Below the pieces are notes generated by a model. It saw only the letters and a program-made list of their open reading frames with translations, searched no databases and was not told the DNA's origin. This document shows positions 1 through 12,057 of a stretch of DNA of 64,000 nt, in pieces. The stretch is from positions 74,462,001 through 74,526,000 of the forward strand of contig NC_043006.1 in the NCBI RefSeq assembly GCF_006345805.1, written 5' to 3'. A program made the translations under genes and the position numbers. Source of the DNA: Octopus sinensis. Lineage: Eukaryota. Every line of letters starts with the position of its first letter. The stretch's first letter is position 1.

Positions 1-166
1 ATACTTGAACACAGCTAGGTATCACATTTATAGGAAGCCAAAAGGGAAATTATAATACACAATAAGCTTTGCTTTGTCCAAATGCATTTCCATCTTAACA
101 CAATTCTCTTAAAATCATGCTTTAATCATTTAGTTCGAAAGAAAATTAGCTTCTATGGACATTTAC

Positions 167-250
167 AGAACCACCAAGACTAGTGTGAGGCGGGATTTAA
201 GAAGTCATCAGTTTAGTATCCTGTTGAATGCTTGTAACAGATTAGACTCA
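167..250 (+). pseudogene. possible CR1/L2-type LINE ORF2 C-terminal remnant
   Basis: My translation RTTKTSVRRDLRSHQFSILLNACNRLDS resembles the R.D.R.HFFS.RV.N.WN.L motif at the end of CR1/L2 ORF2; short and degenerate. Confidence 0.3.
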
Positions 251-2129
251 GCTAAAGCACCCAAAGATCGGATGTCTTAAAGTGAGTCACATGTGAATGC
301 TACCTCGTATTCGATTTGCAGAATGTAAAAAGCCGGAAAAAGAAAAGAAATAAAATGTAGCAAGAGTCTTGCGTTATTTACTCAAGTTCAGTATAAGTTC
401 GCCAAAATTACAAACTACCCACTTGATGTCGAAATTCCCAGGAAGTGTACTGAAGCAAAGTTGGCACACAACTGAGAAGAGATTTATTGAAATTTTACTA
501 ACACGTACATTTAAGGACAGATACGCACGGCATAGGTAATGTTTTTGATACGTGCAATAACGAAATACTTTTTCTCTATCATAGTAAGCCTGGCAACAAG
601 AAAATTAAGGTACCACAAATTTTAAGGTGCTGTGGTCAGTGATTAATTAATGATCTAGGTTGTCAGATTATTTAACCATTCATGTTTGTAACTAGTCATA
701 TCAAGGCCGCTAACTTCTTACATTTTGGAAATGGACATTAAGTATATTTTAAGAAACCTTCTTCCCGTCACAGTCTGAAAACGTTATTACAGTATTAATG
801 CCATCTCTCTAGTAACGTGTTTGAAAGTTTTAGAAAGTTCATTGAAGTGCTTTAAATATCCTTTGAATATTTGAATTTCTCCTTCCACATTCCCATTTTC
901 ATGATAAAGCCTCCATGCTAAGTGCTGTTCCAAAGCATTCCATGTAAAAAGTGAAAATTTTCGATAAAATGCTACTGGCCTTTTTTTTCTAATTAGAAAA
1001 GAAACTTGGAACGGAATTTTGTTCTATAGAATGTTATGTATCCGTATTAAGTGCCAATTATTTATTTTCTTCGACTTAATTTTACGTATACGCATGATGT
1101 GACATCTTCCTTTAGTTTTTCTTCAAATTTTGTGCATAAATATAAGATTATATTTTTTCTATGCCTCAAGTGCTTCAATTATTAACTGCCCTCTCACCTT
1201 CTCTCATCTCAGGATACTCAATTATTCTTGTTTCTTCTATATAGTTCACTTTCGCATAGATAGTTGTTATCATATTTATCATCTGATATGCATACACACA
1301 CATACATATAACACACTCACATATTTATGTACAAACATACGCGCGAACGAACACACACATGCACACACATACATAATATTTATATAAAAAAAGTGTATGA
1401 CGATATTCTGCGCAAGTCAAACATCTGATATACAACCCAATACGTTAGAAATCATGCGCGTTGCGCGTGTCTGTCTTAACTACATAGTTTGATATGCTAT
1501 ACTTACATTTAAACATTCAAATGAGAATTGAAGCATATTTCATATGAAAGGATGCGTAAATAGTGAAGCGAAATTTAACCATTTTAATGAAAATTTGAAA
1601 GTTATCAAATAGTTAAATATGAATCTTTTTTATTTTCTGTTGTATTTGGACAACATTTTCTTCACTTCTTCGGAATTTCGTTTACTATTGTTATAACAGC
1701 CAGCGGAAGTGAAAGAGAAGTGAATGCAAATGTAAAGAATGTAGGATGTAAGAGAAGGAGTAAGTGATTACAGTGAATGAGTGCTTTGGAAAGTAAATAT
1801 TTGTCTTTGAGGAAATATAGTGAACAAAGTAAACAAATATGGGGATCAGAATAAACATAAATAGAAACACATTTATTGAAAGTTATAAACAGTGGAATTT
1901 TAAAGATGTTTCTATAATTTTTGATGTATCCAAAATCGATTTAGAATCTTGCTTGCGTATACATAAGCACTCACACACACACGTATATTTAGAATACAAG
2001 TTGCTGTCTCATACACACTGTATGTATGTATGTATATATAGGGAGAATTCACAAAAAAAACAAAAGACGAAGACAGGTGGTGTAGACAAGAAACAGATGT
2101 ATTAATATAACGCTCGGGAAGTGAAAAAG

Positions 2130-2167
2130 TCTTTAACGTTTCGAGCCTATGCTCTTCCACAGAAAGA
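2130..2167 (-). ncRNA. minimal type-I hammerhead-like motif, core CUGUGGA
   Basis: Minus strand TCTTT-CTGTGGA-A-GAGC(ATAG)GCTC-GAA-ACGT-T-AAAGA: helix I 5 bp, helix II 4 bp, palindromic helix III ACGT. Confidence 0.6.
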
Positions 2168-2810
2168 AACAAGGAGAGAAATTAATGTGTAGTGGCTAGC
2201 GATCTATCATGGCGAGTGCCGGACAAAAGGGTCACACAGGAGAACTAGGAAGAAGAAGGATAATAAAGTAGTGGTGATCCCAAAACAAAGGTGCGCGTGC
2301 GTGTGCATAAGAGAGCTTTATGTGCGTGTGGAAGAGGGTTGGTAATCTTGACGTGTGCGTATGTGTAGGTGTGAAAATGTGGGTCTGGGAAGTGGTCAGT
2401 GCTGATATGTGCGTAGTAGTGTGTTGTGATGTGCTGTGTTGTGTGGTATGGTGGTGTAGTGGTGTGTGGTTTGGTGCGATGGTGTTGGGAGGTGGGGAGG
2501 CGTGAGTGGGGAAAACAAGGGTGAGTGTGGGTTAGATGAGAGTAGGGATAGAGGTGGGGTACGTGGTTAGGCGGAAGGTGAGGTTAGAGTTGGGGTATGT
2601 GGGAGTGGGTGTAAGGGACTGGGTGGGGTGGGATGGGGAAGAATAGGGAAGGAGGGTGGAATGTGTAGAGTTGGGTGGGCTTATGAGGGAGGGGTGACGA
2701 TGAAGGGGGAAGGAGGTGTATAGGAGTGAAGAGAAGTAGGAGTCGGAGCAAGAGAGGAGAGGTGGTTGGGTGCAGGTAGGTGTGAGGGGGAGAGAGGCGC
2801 AGAGATGAGG

Positions 2811-3209
2811 TTAGATGAAGAGGGGAGGAGAGTTGAGCCCATGTGACGCAAAGGAACGAAGAGAGAAGATTAATCCCTGTTCACGGTGCAAACGGGATTC
2901 CGGATGGTCCCTGCGCAAGGACAATCCTAACACGGACAGGTGTTGCAAAGAGTGACTGGTAGAGCGGAAATGGCGCGAGAGCGGGGTGTCATTGCCAAGT
3001 CGGATGTCTCGGAGGTGTTCCATGAACCGGTCAGCCACTCGGCGTCCTGTTTGCCCGATGTATAAGGAAGCGCAGAGAGAGCATGATATGCAGTAGATGA
3101 TATTGGTATAAGTGCAGGTGAAGGAGTCGGTGATGTGATAGTGTTGATGATGGGTGCCTGCGAGGAGGGTGCGGCAGCGTGGGCGGGAGCAGAGGAAGCT
3201 GTGGACCAA
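2811..3209 (-). pseudogene. PLE GIY-YIG endonuclease domain
   Basis: FTCTYTNIIYCISCSLCASLYIGQTGRRVADRFMEH...SRHF...RLHREQGLIFSL...HGLN contains the IY/YIG, R..EH, E and LN motifs of PLE GIY-YIG endonucleases. Confidence 0.9.
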
Positions 3210-3724
3210 GAAGTCTCGTAGGTTGTGGGCTCGTTTGAAGGAGGGGAGGGGTCGGTTAGGGAAGATGTGAGAAGTGGAGGGGTCGGACTGGAGTCGCCGG
3301 AATGCTCAGAAAATGGTGCGTTGGAGAGGTAGGGTGGTGGGGTGGTAGGTGAGGGGAATAGGAGGCGGGAAAGATGAATATCATTTGATACGAACAGTAT
3401 AAAGATACGAGTTATTATTAGTTTCTTGCTATAAAGACACGTGTCTAGAGTGATTTTTATAATACGCTTTATGTCTCAAAAACAATCTGTAGGCTCTGAG
3501 CATATGGTCTGTTCGACTGAAAATCAGGCCACTGGTATATGAGAAATCAAAAGAGAAAACGAGAAAGTTAATGCAAAAAGTTGAATGATGAGTAAAAACG
3601 AAGTCTCGTAGACTTTGGAATTATTTTACAACTAGTTTAAATATGACCTTTATGGTCAAAGGGTATTAACTAATTTTCTTTCTTTTTTTCTTCTTCCGTT
3701 TTTATTAATACTTTCACTTTATGT

Positions 3725-3955
3725 GTGTATGTGTATGTGTGTGTGTTTCTCTCTTGTATGTTTGACTGCCATCACCACCAGGTGTTGATTTTACATCCTC
3801 GTAACTTAGCAATTCTGCAACGGAGAACTTTAATTAAAGTATCAAACTTTAATAAAAAATCAGTACCGAGGTAGGTCATCTTGTTCGACTGAACCCTTCA
3901 AGACATTGCCCCAACGTGGCCGCAGTCCAATGACTGAAGCATGCAAAACCAAGTG
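3725..3955 (+). mobile_element. 3' half of SINE family B
   Basis: Diverged match to the tail of the 11291-11697 copy (gtaacttagc...ttgttcgact...tggccgcagtccaatgactgaa). Confidence 0.6.
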
Positions 3956-4286
3956 TTATCGTGTTATTCACTCGCTACCTCTATTTCCCCACCCCCTTTT
4001 TTTTTTCTCACATCTAGTAGCAACAGAGAGTTTCTTCACACCTTTTCCTTTAGTTTTCAAGGTCAAAGGTAATTAATGACCAGCAGAGCATGAAGATTAA
4101 AATCCATGTAAATTAACGAACAATTTGTTGTTTGCTTCCAAAGCTTTCTTTACGTCATATGCAAACGTCTTCCTGTGTGTATATTATCGCATTAGACATC
4201 TTATTGACACATAGCTTTCGCATTAAGATATTTTAATTCAAATTTAAGTATATGATGTTGTCAACACTTCATTTATAAACGCTTTT

Positions 4287-4323
<37 letters not shown>

Positions 4324-5189
4324 TCACGTATCTCATTGACGGTAATATTCTTCTCATTAGTGAAATTAATTCAATCCTAATTTCTTCAAAGTTGTACATA
4401 GTTGGAAAAAAGAAAATAAAAACAGGCATAAAGTCAAATAAAAATCATAAATGTTATTGTAAGTAGATCCCTATCCTTTAATTTAATTAGCTGAACTCGT
4501 TCAGTAAAATTTATATCTTGAATAGAAAAATTATTTCATACGCTGGTAATGTTCATCTTCTTTGGGATTTTACCGACAGCAGAATTACTCTGCCTCGGAG
4601 TCACGTCCAATTACCAAATAACAGCTAAAGGCGGTACATTTGTCAGTTATGGCGACTATCAATTTAGCCCTTCTAGCTCCTTATTGAGAATGGGGAGGTT
4701 TGCTTTTTTTCCTGCAGTTAATACAGTATCGTTGAATAATTGATTCATCATATCTCGTTTCCTCTGTTTTTGCCTTTTTGCTTCATGTATCAGGATAACA
4801 CAATCGTACCTCTTTTTATTCCATTCAATATTGCACAGATATATACGTAACAATGCGTATCTACATCCGATTGACATAACTATTTATCATCATATATTAT
4901 AAATTGCTTTGACTTTCGTTTTATTATTTTCAATGTATGCTTCATACTGAACATTAATCAATTAGCAATACCATTAATCACTTAATAGAAAAACAAGGGA
5001 AACGATTATGCTATTTCACTTACTAAATGGAAGATAATTAAAAGAAATGGTTATAACGATTACAAACTAAAATGGCTGTCTTATGTACACAAACATATAA
5101 ATAAATTTACATCTAAGATTTAGTAAACGACTTCAGGTTCAGTCGAACCTCGAGCGACAAGAGACATCACTTTGACCAGCACTGCCTAG

Positions 5190-5800
5190 ATTTCTTCCGT
5201 TCCGCCTCGCAGCCTAACAGCGGTGCATGAATCAATTCGGTGCCTTCCTCATCTAACGGCACCCTTCTAGACGATGAGCGCACCCGATTTGCGGAGGCTC
5301 AACGCCTCGGTCTCAGCGTGTGCGAGCTGCATAAATGTTATACAGGGCGGTAGTAGACGAATTCCGTCCTGCATTCTTTATCCTACAGCCTTAGAGTGGG
5401 CCGATTGCCCTGAAACATCACCTTGAATGATATAATCAGGAGACTTGACACAGCTGGCTTCTCGTCTCAACTAGAGCCAGCAGGTCACCACCGCAGTGAT
5501 TATAAGCGCCCCGGCTGGACAACCCTCTTGCCACTCAAGGGAGGCAGGTCTCTAGTCGAGGACACGACGTGCAGCGACACGTTCTCCGGCTCCAACCTTG
5601 CAACATTTACCGCAAACCCAGGTGTCTCCGCCAGTAGTGCGGAAGAGACAACAATTAATATGCACAGGAGTCTAGCAGGCCGCTATCAGTTTGTACCGGT
5701 TGCAGTCGAGACGTTGGCTGTTTTAGGACCCTGTACTATCCATTTCCTCCGCAAAATAGGGATAGTAGTGGCCCGTGGAAAAAAATGAGCCCTGCAAGAT
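5190..5800 (+). pseudogene. CRE-clade non-LTR retrotransposon remnant (CCHC knuckle plus restriction-like endonuclease)
   Basis: Frameshifted GTLLDDERTRFAEAQRLGLSVCELHKC...HH.LNDIIRR, then ORF 5423-5788 LEPAG..RSDYKRP.W.TLLP.KGGRSLV.DTTCSDTF..SNL...YQFVPVAVETL..LGP, matching the RPD...D.T...FVPVAVETLG RLE signature. Confidence 0.75.
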
Positions 5801-6406
5801 GGATTGGCCGCTGCAGTGAGTGTAGCTGGCCATTCTCTGCGACTGTGCAACTCTCATGTTGCTCTGGGATATGTAGCCCATCGCCCCTCTCCCTTCAGTC
5901 TTCCACTGCTTTGCACCCTTTTGTTTTCCTTTCTTCATATTTCTCCACTTTCTGTTTGTTTTTCATCTTTTTAAACTGTATATAACAAATAAACTGTTTA
6001 TATATGTTTTCGCCTGCGTATTGCCGGTTTCTTGTTTGGGCCACATTCATTCGCTCTTTGAAAAAAGACTACATCCTATAATTTCTTTTAATACCACAAT
6101 TAGTAACGAGCACAGATTTGAGTTGCTGTATATGAGTGGCAAGATTTAACTAATAAAGGGATTTTACCGACAGCAGAATTACTCTGCCTCGGAGCCACTT
6201 CGTGAGATATTACGTGTACATGTTTGAAGAATATATTATTAATCTTGCCTTGAGAATAAACTGTAGTTACACAACAGCTCTCACTGGGAGGACGAAACCA
6301 AATATTACATCGATCTACTTGATGTTTTCCAAGTTTGTCCCACAGAGAGAGAAAAAAAAGCTTACAATTAAAAATGAAATGGTGCAGATGTCGACTATAC
6401 ACACAA

Positions 6407-6440
<34 letters not shown>

Positions 6441-6444
6441 CTAC

Positions 6445-6640
6445 ACGCCATGATGGCTAGATAGCCACCACACATTCTTTATTTGCTCTCCTTGTTTGTT
6501 TCTGTATTACTTAGTGTGGAAGAGCGTAGGTTCGAAACGATAAAGATTTTTTCACTTCCCGAGCGATATACTAATACATCTGTTTGTTGTTTACACCACC
6601 TGTCTTCTTCTTTTGTCTTTTAGTGAATTATCCCTATATA
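6445..6640 (+). mobile_element. solo PLE pLTR flanked by microsatellites
   Basis: Reverse-orientation copy of 2040-2220 (cgccatgat...ggaagagcgtaggttcgaaacg...atacatctgtttgttgtttacaccacctgtcttc) between (CA)n(TA)n and (TA)(TG)n. Confidence 0.75.
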
Positions 6641-7110
6641 TATGTGTGTTTGTGTGTGTGTGTGTGTGTATAGTCTACAGATGAAATCTAGAGATTCTCA
6701 GTACAGAAGTAGTCAAAAATATTCAAACTTAGGCTCAGAAGGCTTTACATGGAATCAGTTCCATAGGGTAAAGCGTGGCTATAAAAGGGATCAATTTGAG
6801 TGGATATAGGGGCAATTATGTGGACGAACAAATTAGATATATTAAATATAATATAATAGTTTGGGCATGAAATACAAAATATGTATGTATGTATACATGG
6901 AAAGCGAGAGAAAGGAGAAGATGGAAGCTTTCAGACGAGCAATATTAAAGTACAAATATATAGATATTTATATCAATAGGTACAACTTACACAAGGTACA
7001 AACGGCAGAGAAGGTTAAAGGGCTGGAAGAAAGGTGTCATAAGTTCGTCATCTGTTTCCGTTTTAATGTTGGTAGATGTGATTCATCTCAATATGTGGGC
7101 GTGATGCTTA

Positions 7111-7289
7111 CGATCAGCATTGGATAAGACGAGCCTCCGTCATCAGGGTAGAAAAGATCTTAGGTTTTAGATCTTAATGCAAAGAAGTTCAAAGATGGAA
7201 ATCTATATCTTTGAAATTCTCTGCATTAAGACCTGAAATGTAAGACCTCTACCTTGATAACGGAGGTTCGTTTTTTCCTATGTTGATTG
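7111..7289. repeat. ~180-bp imperfect palindrome (fold-back/MITE-like)
   Basis: Arm 7111-7196 pairs with arm 7207-7289 (e.g. acgagcctccgtcatcagggtaga vs tctaccttgataacggaggttcgt); loop ggaaatctat. Confidence 0.8.
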
Positions 7290-7357
<68 letters not shown>

Positions 7358-7361
7358 GTAT

Positions 7362-7406
<45 letters not shown>

Positions 7407-7717
7407 AATAATAAGGATGAAATTTTGAATAATAATTTGATTAATATCAATTTAAAACCAGTGGTCTTGCATATTGAAAAATCTGAAGTTTCAGAAAAAA
7501 TTATACTACATATATATAAGAGGGATAACCTGTAAGTAGACATCCATTATACTGGAAGAAGATACGCTCTGGTCTTACCACTAGGAAAGGAATGTTCTCA
7601 AGAAAATATAACTATTACAGATATTGTTTTTTAACAGTTGATAATTTTTAATAATCCAGGAGAAAATGACAGCGTGAGATGACTAACAGCAACATCACTG
7701 CAACAGCAACGATAGTA

Positions 7718-8176
7718 GAGGCGCAAAGGCTCAGTGGTTAGGGCAGCGGACTCGTGGTCGTAAGAACGCGGTTTCGATTCCCAGACTGGGCATTGTGAGT
7801 GTTTATTGAGCAAAAACACCTAATCTCCGGCGGAGGGGGGCGCTGTACTCTTTCACCACGACTTTCTCTCACTCTTTCTTCCTACTTCTGCCACAAAGCA
7901 GATGAACCACGGTGTAACCCACTATGGTGTGGTAAACCCTAGTTTAGATTGTGAATCCGCAGTACCCCAGGATGGTTCAACTCTCCACTCGTTAAAAGCC
8001 ACCGTTTACGGAATGAGGATAACAACGTAGCTGTCGCACCCGTGCAAACGCCAGTCTTTCGCGTGTGGTGGGTGGGTCTTCAAGTTGCCACACGCATTTT
8101 TAGTAGCTTAGAGTAGGCTCGAATTAGAGATTATTCTTTGTGGCTAATGACGTGAGTCCTGATTGGAAGAAGAAGA
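7718..8176 (+). mobile_element. tRNA-derived SINE with family A head and alternative body, (GAA)n tail
   Basis: Head gaggcgcaaaggctcagtggttagggcagcggactc...ggtttcgattccc; body shared with 60071-60513; ends gtgagtcctgattggaagaagaaga. Confidence 0.8.
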
Positions 8177-8995
8177 CAACAGTTTGCTGGTGTATAATTC
8201 CAAACTCTTATAAAATTACAGGAAATCGGGTTTTCAATGCAATAACGACATCTATTCACATTGATGATGCGGCTAGCTGGTGGAATCATCAGCATGTTGG
8301 GCAAAATGCTTAGCGACATTTCGTTCGTCTTTTACATTTGTTCTGAGTTCAAATCTCGCCAAGATCGAGTTCGATAAAAACAAGTCCTATTTGAATTATG
8401 GGGTCGATGAAATCAACTTACTCCCACCACCTCGAAATTGCCGGTCTTATAACCAAAACGTGGAACCAATAAAGAGAAAGACGGAGAGATGGGAGGTGAT
8501 GGCTGTGAGTGATAAAATAAGGGAAAAGAATAATATTTTATCGATAAAACCCAGAATACTCTATTCTGAAATTATAATTTGTGGTCGTTCCCAGAAAAAG
8601 GGTGTTGAAAATATCAATGAAGGTTCTCAGGTTTTACTCGCTCAAGAATTATTTATTCACAGTTATAAAATATTCAGCATCAGGGTAGGTTGTGTTTTAA
8701 ATTTTCATAAATTCATGCTTAGTTAGCATCTGAAATTTAAATCTAAAAAAAATTGCAAGAAATAAAGATTCCATTTAAATGCAAATATTTTTCAGGTGAA
8801 TTTTAATCAAGCTGCTTTTATTTTTCAACGGTGAACAGTGTGTTTAGTACCAAAATGAGTTCACTAGCTGAGAGCGATGATTTAATTTCACGCTCCAGCT
8901 GAATTCACTTCACCTTAATTAATTCACTGATATCATCGAGAAAAGAATGAATACAACCTGCTATTTTAACTTCCTCCTAAAAATTTAATATAAGA

Positions 8996-9034
<39 letters not shown>

Positions 9035-9102
9035 TTTTCTACTCTAGGCACAAGGGAGGGGGCAAGTCGATTAGAACAATACCAGTACGCATCTGGTACT
9101 TA

Positions 9103-9561
9103 GGATCTTTTCGGTTTGAAAGGCAGTTTTTAACATAATTTCTATGTAACTAAAAAAATGTTAAACATCGTATACTGGTAGAATATGTTTATAAAACATC
9201 TTTTTCTCGTGGTTTTATTGAGAAAATTCTATAGTTTGTAAGATATTTGTTGTATTTTTTCTTCAATTTCTGCAATTTCAATCAATCAATTATGTGTATT
9301 GAGTTTAAAAACATTCTGTGCCGTATGAATATGTCCCTCGTTTAAGAAACAGATTGGATTTATTTACATTTGTGAAGAAAAAAGATATCCTTCCTCCCAA
9401 CCCTAACTCTAACTAACCCTAACCCTAACTAACCCTAACCCCAACTAACCCTAACCCTAAAACCGATTGAAATGCAATAGATCGATACTAGGGTCATAAT
9501 TATGGGTGACAATTTCATATGACATCGCTAGAAAAAACTGCCGGTCAAACCGAAAAGATCC
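9103..9561. mobile_element. MITE with 29-bp TIRs and internal (CCCTAA)-like tract
   Basis: ggatcttttcggtttgaaaggcagttttt (9103-9131) is the reverse complement of aaaaactgccggtcaaaccgaaaagatcc (9533-9561) with 2 mismatches. It interrupts a family C SINE. Confidence 0.8.
9400..9460 (-). repeat. degenerate TTAGGG-type interstitial repeat
   Basis: aaccctaactctaactaaccctaaccctaactaaccctaaccccaactaaccctaaccctaa. Confidence 0.8.
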
Positions 9562-9569
9562 GATGATTA

Positions 9570-9890
9570 ATTCATCGACCCCGAAAGGATGAAACGCAAA
9601 GTCGACCTTGGCGGAATTTGAATACAGAACGTAAAGACAGACGAAATACATATTTCTTTACTACCGACAAGGGGCTAAACACAGAGAGGACAAACAAGGA
9701 CAGACAAACGGATTAAGTCGATTATATCGACCCCAGTGCGTAACTGGTACTTATTTAATCGACCCCGAAAGGATGAAAGGTAAAATCGACCTCGGCGGAA
9801 TTTGAACTCTGAACGTAGCGGCAGACGAAATACCTATTTCTTTACTACCCACAAAGGGGCAAAACACAGAGGGGACAAACAAGGACAGAT
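9570..9890 (-). mobile_element. SINE family C, tandem units
   Basis: Repeated atcgaccccgaaaggatgaaa..aaagtcgacct.ggcggaatttgaa units. Confidence 0.85.
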
Positions 9891-10415
9891 AAACGTCTCT
9901 TTGTGTCTAGTTCCAAATCCCAGCAAAGTTACTCTATCATCGCGCCTCTGAATATTTAAGAAATTATTAACAATGAAGTATGGAAGAGCATTAATCATTT
10001 GTATCATGAAAAGAAATGATAGAAAATTACAATTTCTGATAGTTTTACTAGTATTTTGACATGAAACCACGTGTTAAAACCAATGCTGTGATATGTGGGA
10101 AGAGTTATAATTCGTTAAGTTTATAAGCATACTCACCAATTGTTGTTTGTTTATACTTCACTCCTCACAAATACAAAACAAACATGTACCCACGTACACA
10201 CGCATGTACGTGTACTTGGAGTATGGTAGGCATGTCACTGAAGGGGTCGTCAAAAGCGATGAAAGGAGTTTGGCAAAGAATTGACTGATTGATTAAATGA
10301 ATGTCTAATCAAACGATCAATTTTCGGTTAAATAGCTAACCAAGTGACTGACAAAAAAGAAGTGAAATTGAATCAGTGTATGTGTTTATTAGAATTATGA
10401 TTCTCCTAATAAACA

Positions 10416-10635
10416 TATTTCTTTACTACCCACAAGGTCTAAACACAGAGAGGACAAGCAAGGACAGACAAATGGATTATATCGACCCCAGTGCATAACT
10501 GGTACTTAATTTATCGACCCCGAAAGGATGAACGGCAAAGTCGACCTCGGCGGAATATGAACTCAGAACGTAACGGCAGACGAAATGCGGCTACGCATTT
10601 CGCCCGGCGTGCTAACGTTTCTGCCAGCTCGCCGC
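10416..10635 (-). mobile_element. SINE family C
   Basis: Head (ggcgagctggcagaaacgttagcacgccgggcgaaatg) plus one unit on the minus strand. Confidence 0.85.
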
Positions 10636-11290
10636 CTTTGATTCTCCTAATATACAACAATGTATATATATGTACACAAACAGACACACACACACACGCT
10701 CACGCAAACATACGATTTCCCTTCATATGTGAGCTGATTTTACTTATAGGAAGGAAATTACACCTGCTTGCCGGTAGCATGATACTGCTAGGGTTACCCG
10801 TAAAACAATATACTGATTTAGAATGAAATCTAATTAACATACAAATAAATGAAGAACAGCTTAAGAACAAATGCAAATATAAGATCATTGTGTAAAAAGA
10901 TACGTAGTATAAATAATAAATAGGCGATGGAATGAGATAAGAGCAGGTGTATTGTATGAGATGATACTGCTGTAATTGGAATACAGCTACAGAAATCAGC
11001 AATCTGAGCAAGTGATGATAACAAGCTTTTGAAGGTAACGACGTACTGTATTTAGAGCTGATTAATTATGTTTGAAATATGGCTGGAGATTTTTTTTTTT
11101 ATCAGCGAATCTATTGATCAAATGTGGTAGAGCTGTCTGCGTATTAAGTCATTTGTTATAGATGTTTGAATAACCTGTGCTATATGGCAGAAGAAGGTAG
11201 ATTTTGATTTGAATTTTCAGCGGATGAGAGCGGTATATATATATATATATGTGTATGGGGAGGGGGGGAGAAATAGAGAATATATATATA

Positions 11291-11697
11291 GGCGCAGGAG
11301 TGGCTGTGTAGTAAGTAGCTTGTTTACCAACCACATGGTTCCGGGGTCAGTTACACTGCGTGGCAACTTGGGCAAGTGTCTTCTACTATAGCATCGGGCC
11401 GACCAAAGCCTTGTGTGTGGATTTGGTAGTCGGAAACTGAAAGAAGCCCGTCGTATATATGTATATATATATGCGTGTGTGTGTTTTTGTGTCTGTGTTT
11501 GTCCCCCTAGCATTGCTTGACAACCGATGCTGGTGTGTTTATGTCCCCGTTACCTAGCGGTTCGGCAAAAGAGACCGATTGAATAAGTACTGGGCTTACA
11601 AAAGAATAAGTCCCGGGGTCGATTTGCTCGATTAAACACGGTGCTCCAGCATGGCCGCAGTCAAATGACTGAAACACGTAAAAGAGTAAAAGAGTAT
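11291..11697 (+). mobile_element. tRNA-derived SINE family B (CORE-like centre, internal microsatellite)
   Basis: ggcgcaggagtggctgtgtagtaagtagcttg...ggcaacttgggcaagtgtcttctactatagc...gaagcccgtcg(TA)n(TG)n...ggccgcagtcaaatgactgaaac; further copies at 35987, 40552, 58290. Confidence 0.85.
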
Positions 11698-11752
11698 ATA
11701 TATCTAGGGGGAGACAGAAAGAGAGAATATATATATACATACATATATATAT

Positions 11753-11827
<75 letters not shown>

Positions 11828-12057
11828 AACACATTCGGGTGCGCTTGCTTGCCCATATGTGTATTTCTCCTATTTAATCATGAAAGGAAAAAAGTAACAC
11901 CAGTTACATCTTGGAAAGGAACCGTGAAACTCGGGAAGCGAATCCTTCATCTTTGAATATCTATTAGTCTATACGGTACCTCCATCACCGTATTGATTAC
12001 TTTCTCACGCGATTATATTATATGCATATAATATGCGTTTGCGAACATGTATGCATA

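Larger units (their letters stand above)
2040..3380 (-). mobile_element. Penelope-like retroelement (PLE), 5'-truncated: linker, GIY-YIG endonuclease, C/T-rich 3' UTR, terminal pLTR ending in microsatellite
   Basis: Minus strand reads ...LFPLTYHPTT..., then FKRAHNLRDFLVHS into ORF 2811-3209. The terminal segment (2040-2220) recurs at 6445-6640 and 16540-16645 and ends in (TA/TG)n. Confidence 0.85.

Noticed and set aside
8280-8726. 148-aa ORF
   Set aside because: The first half is a decayed SINE C read in frame; no domain features.
9400-9460. True telomere
   Set aside because: Short, degenerate and internal to a TIR element.
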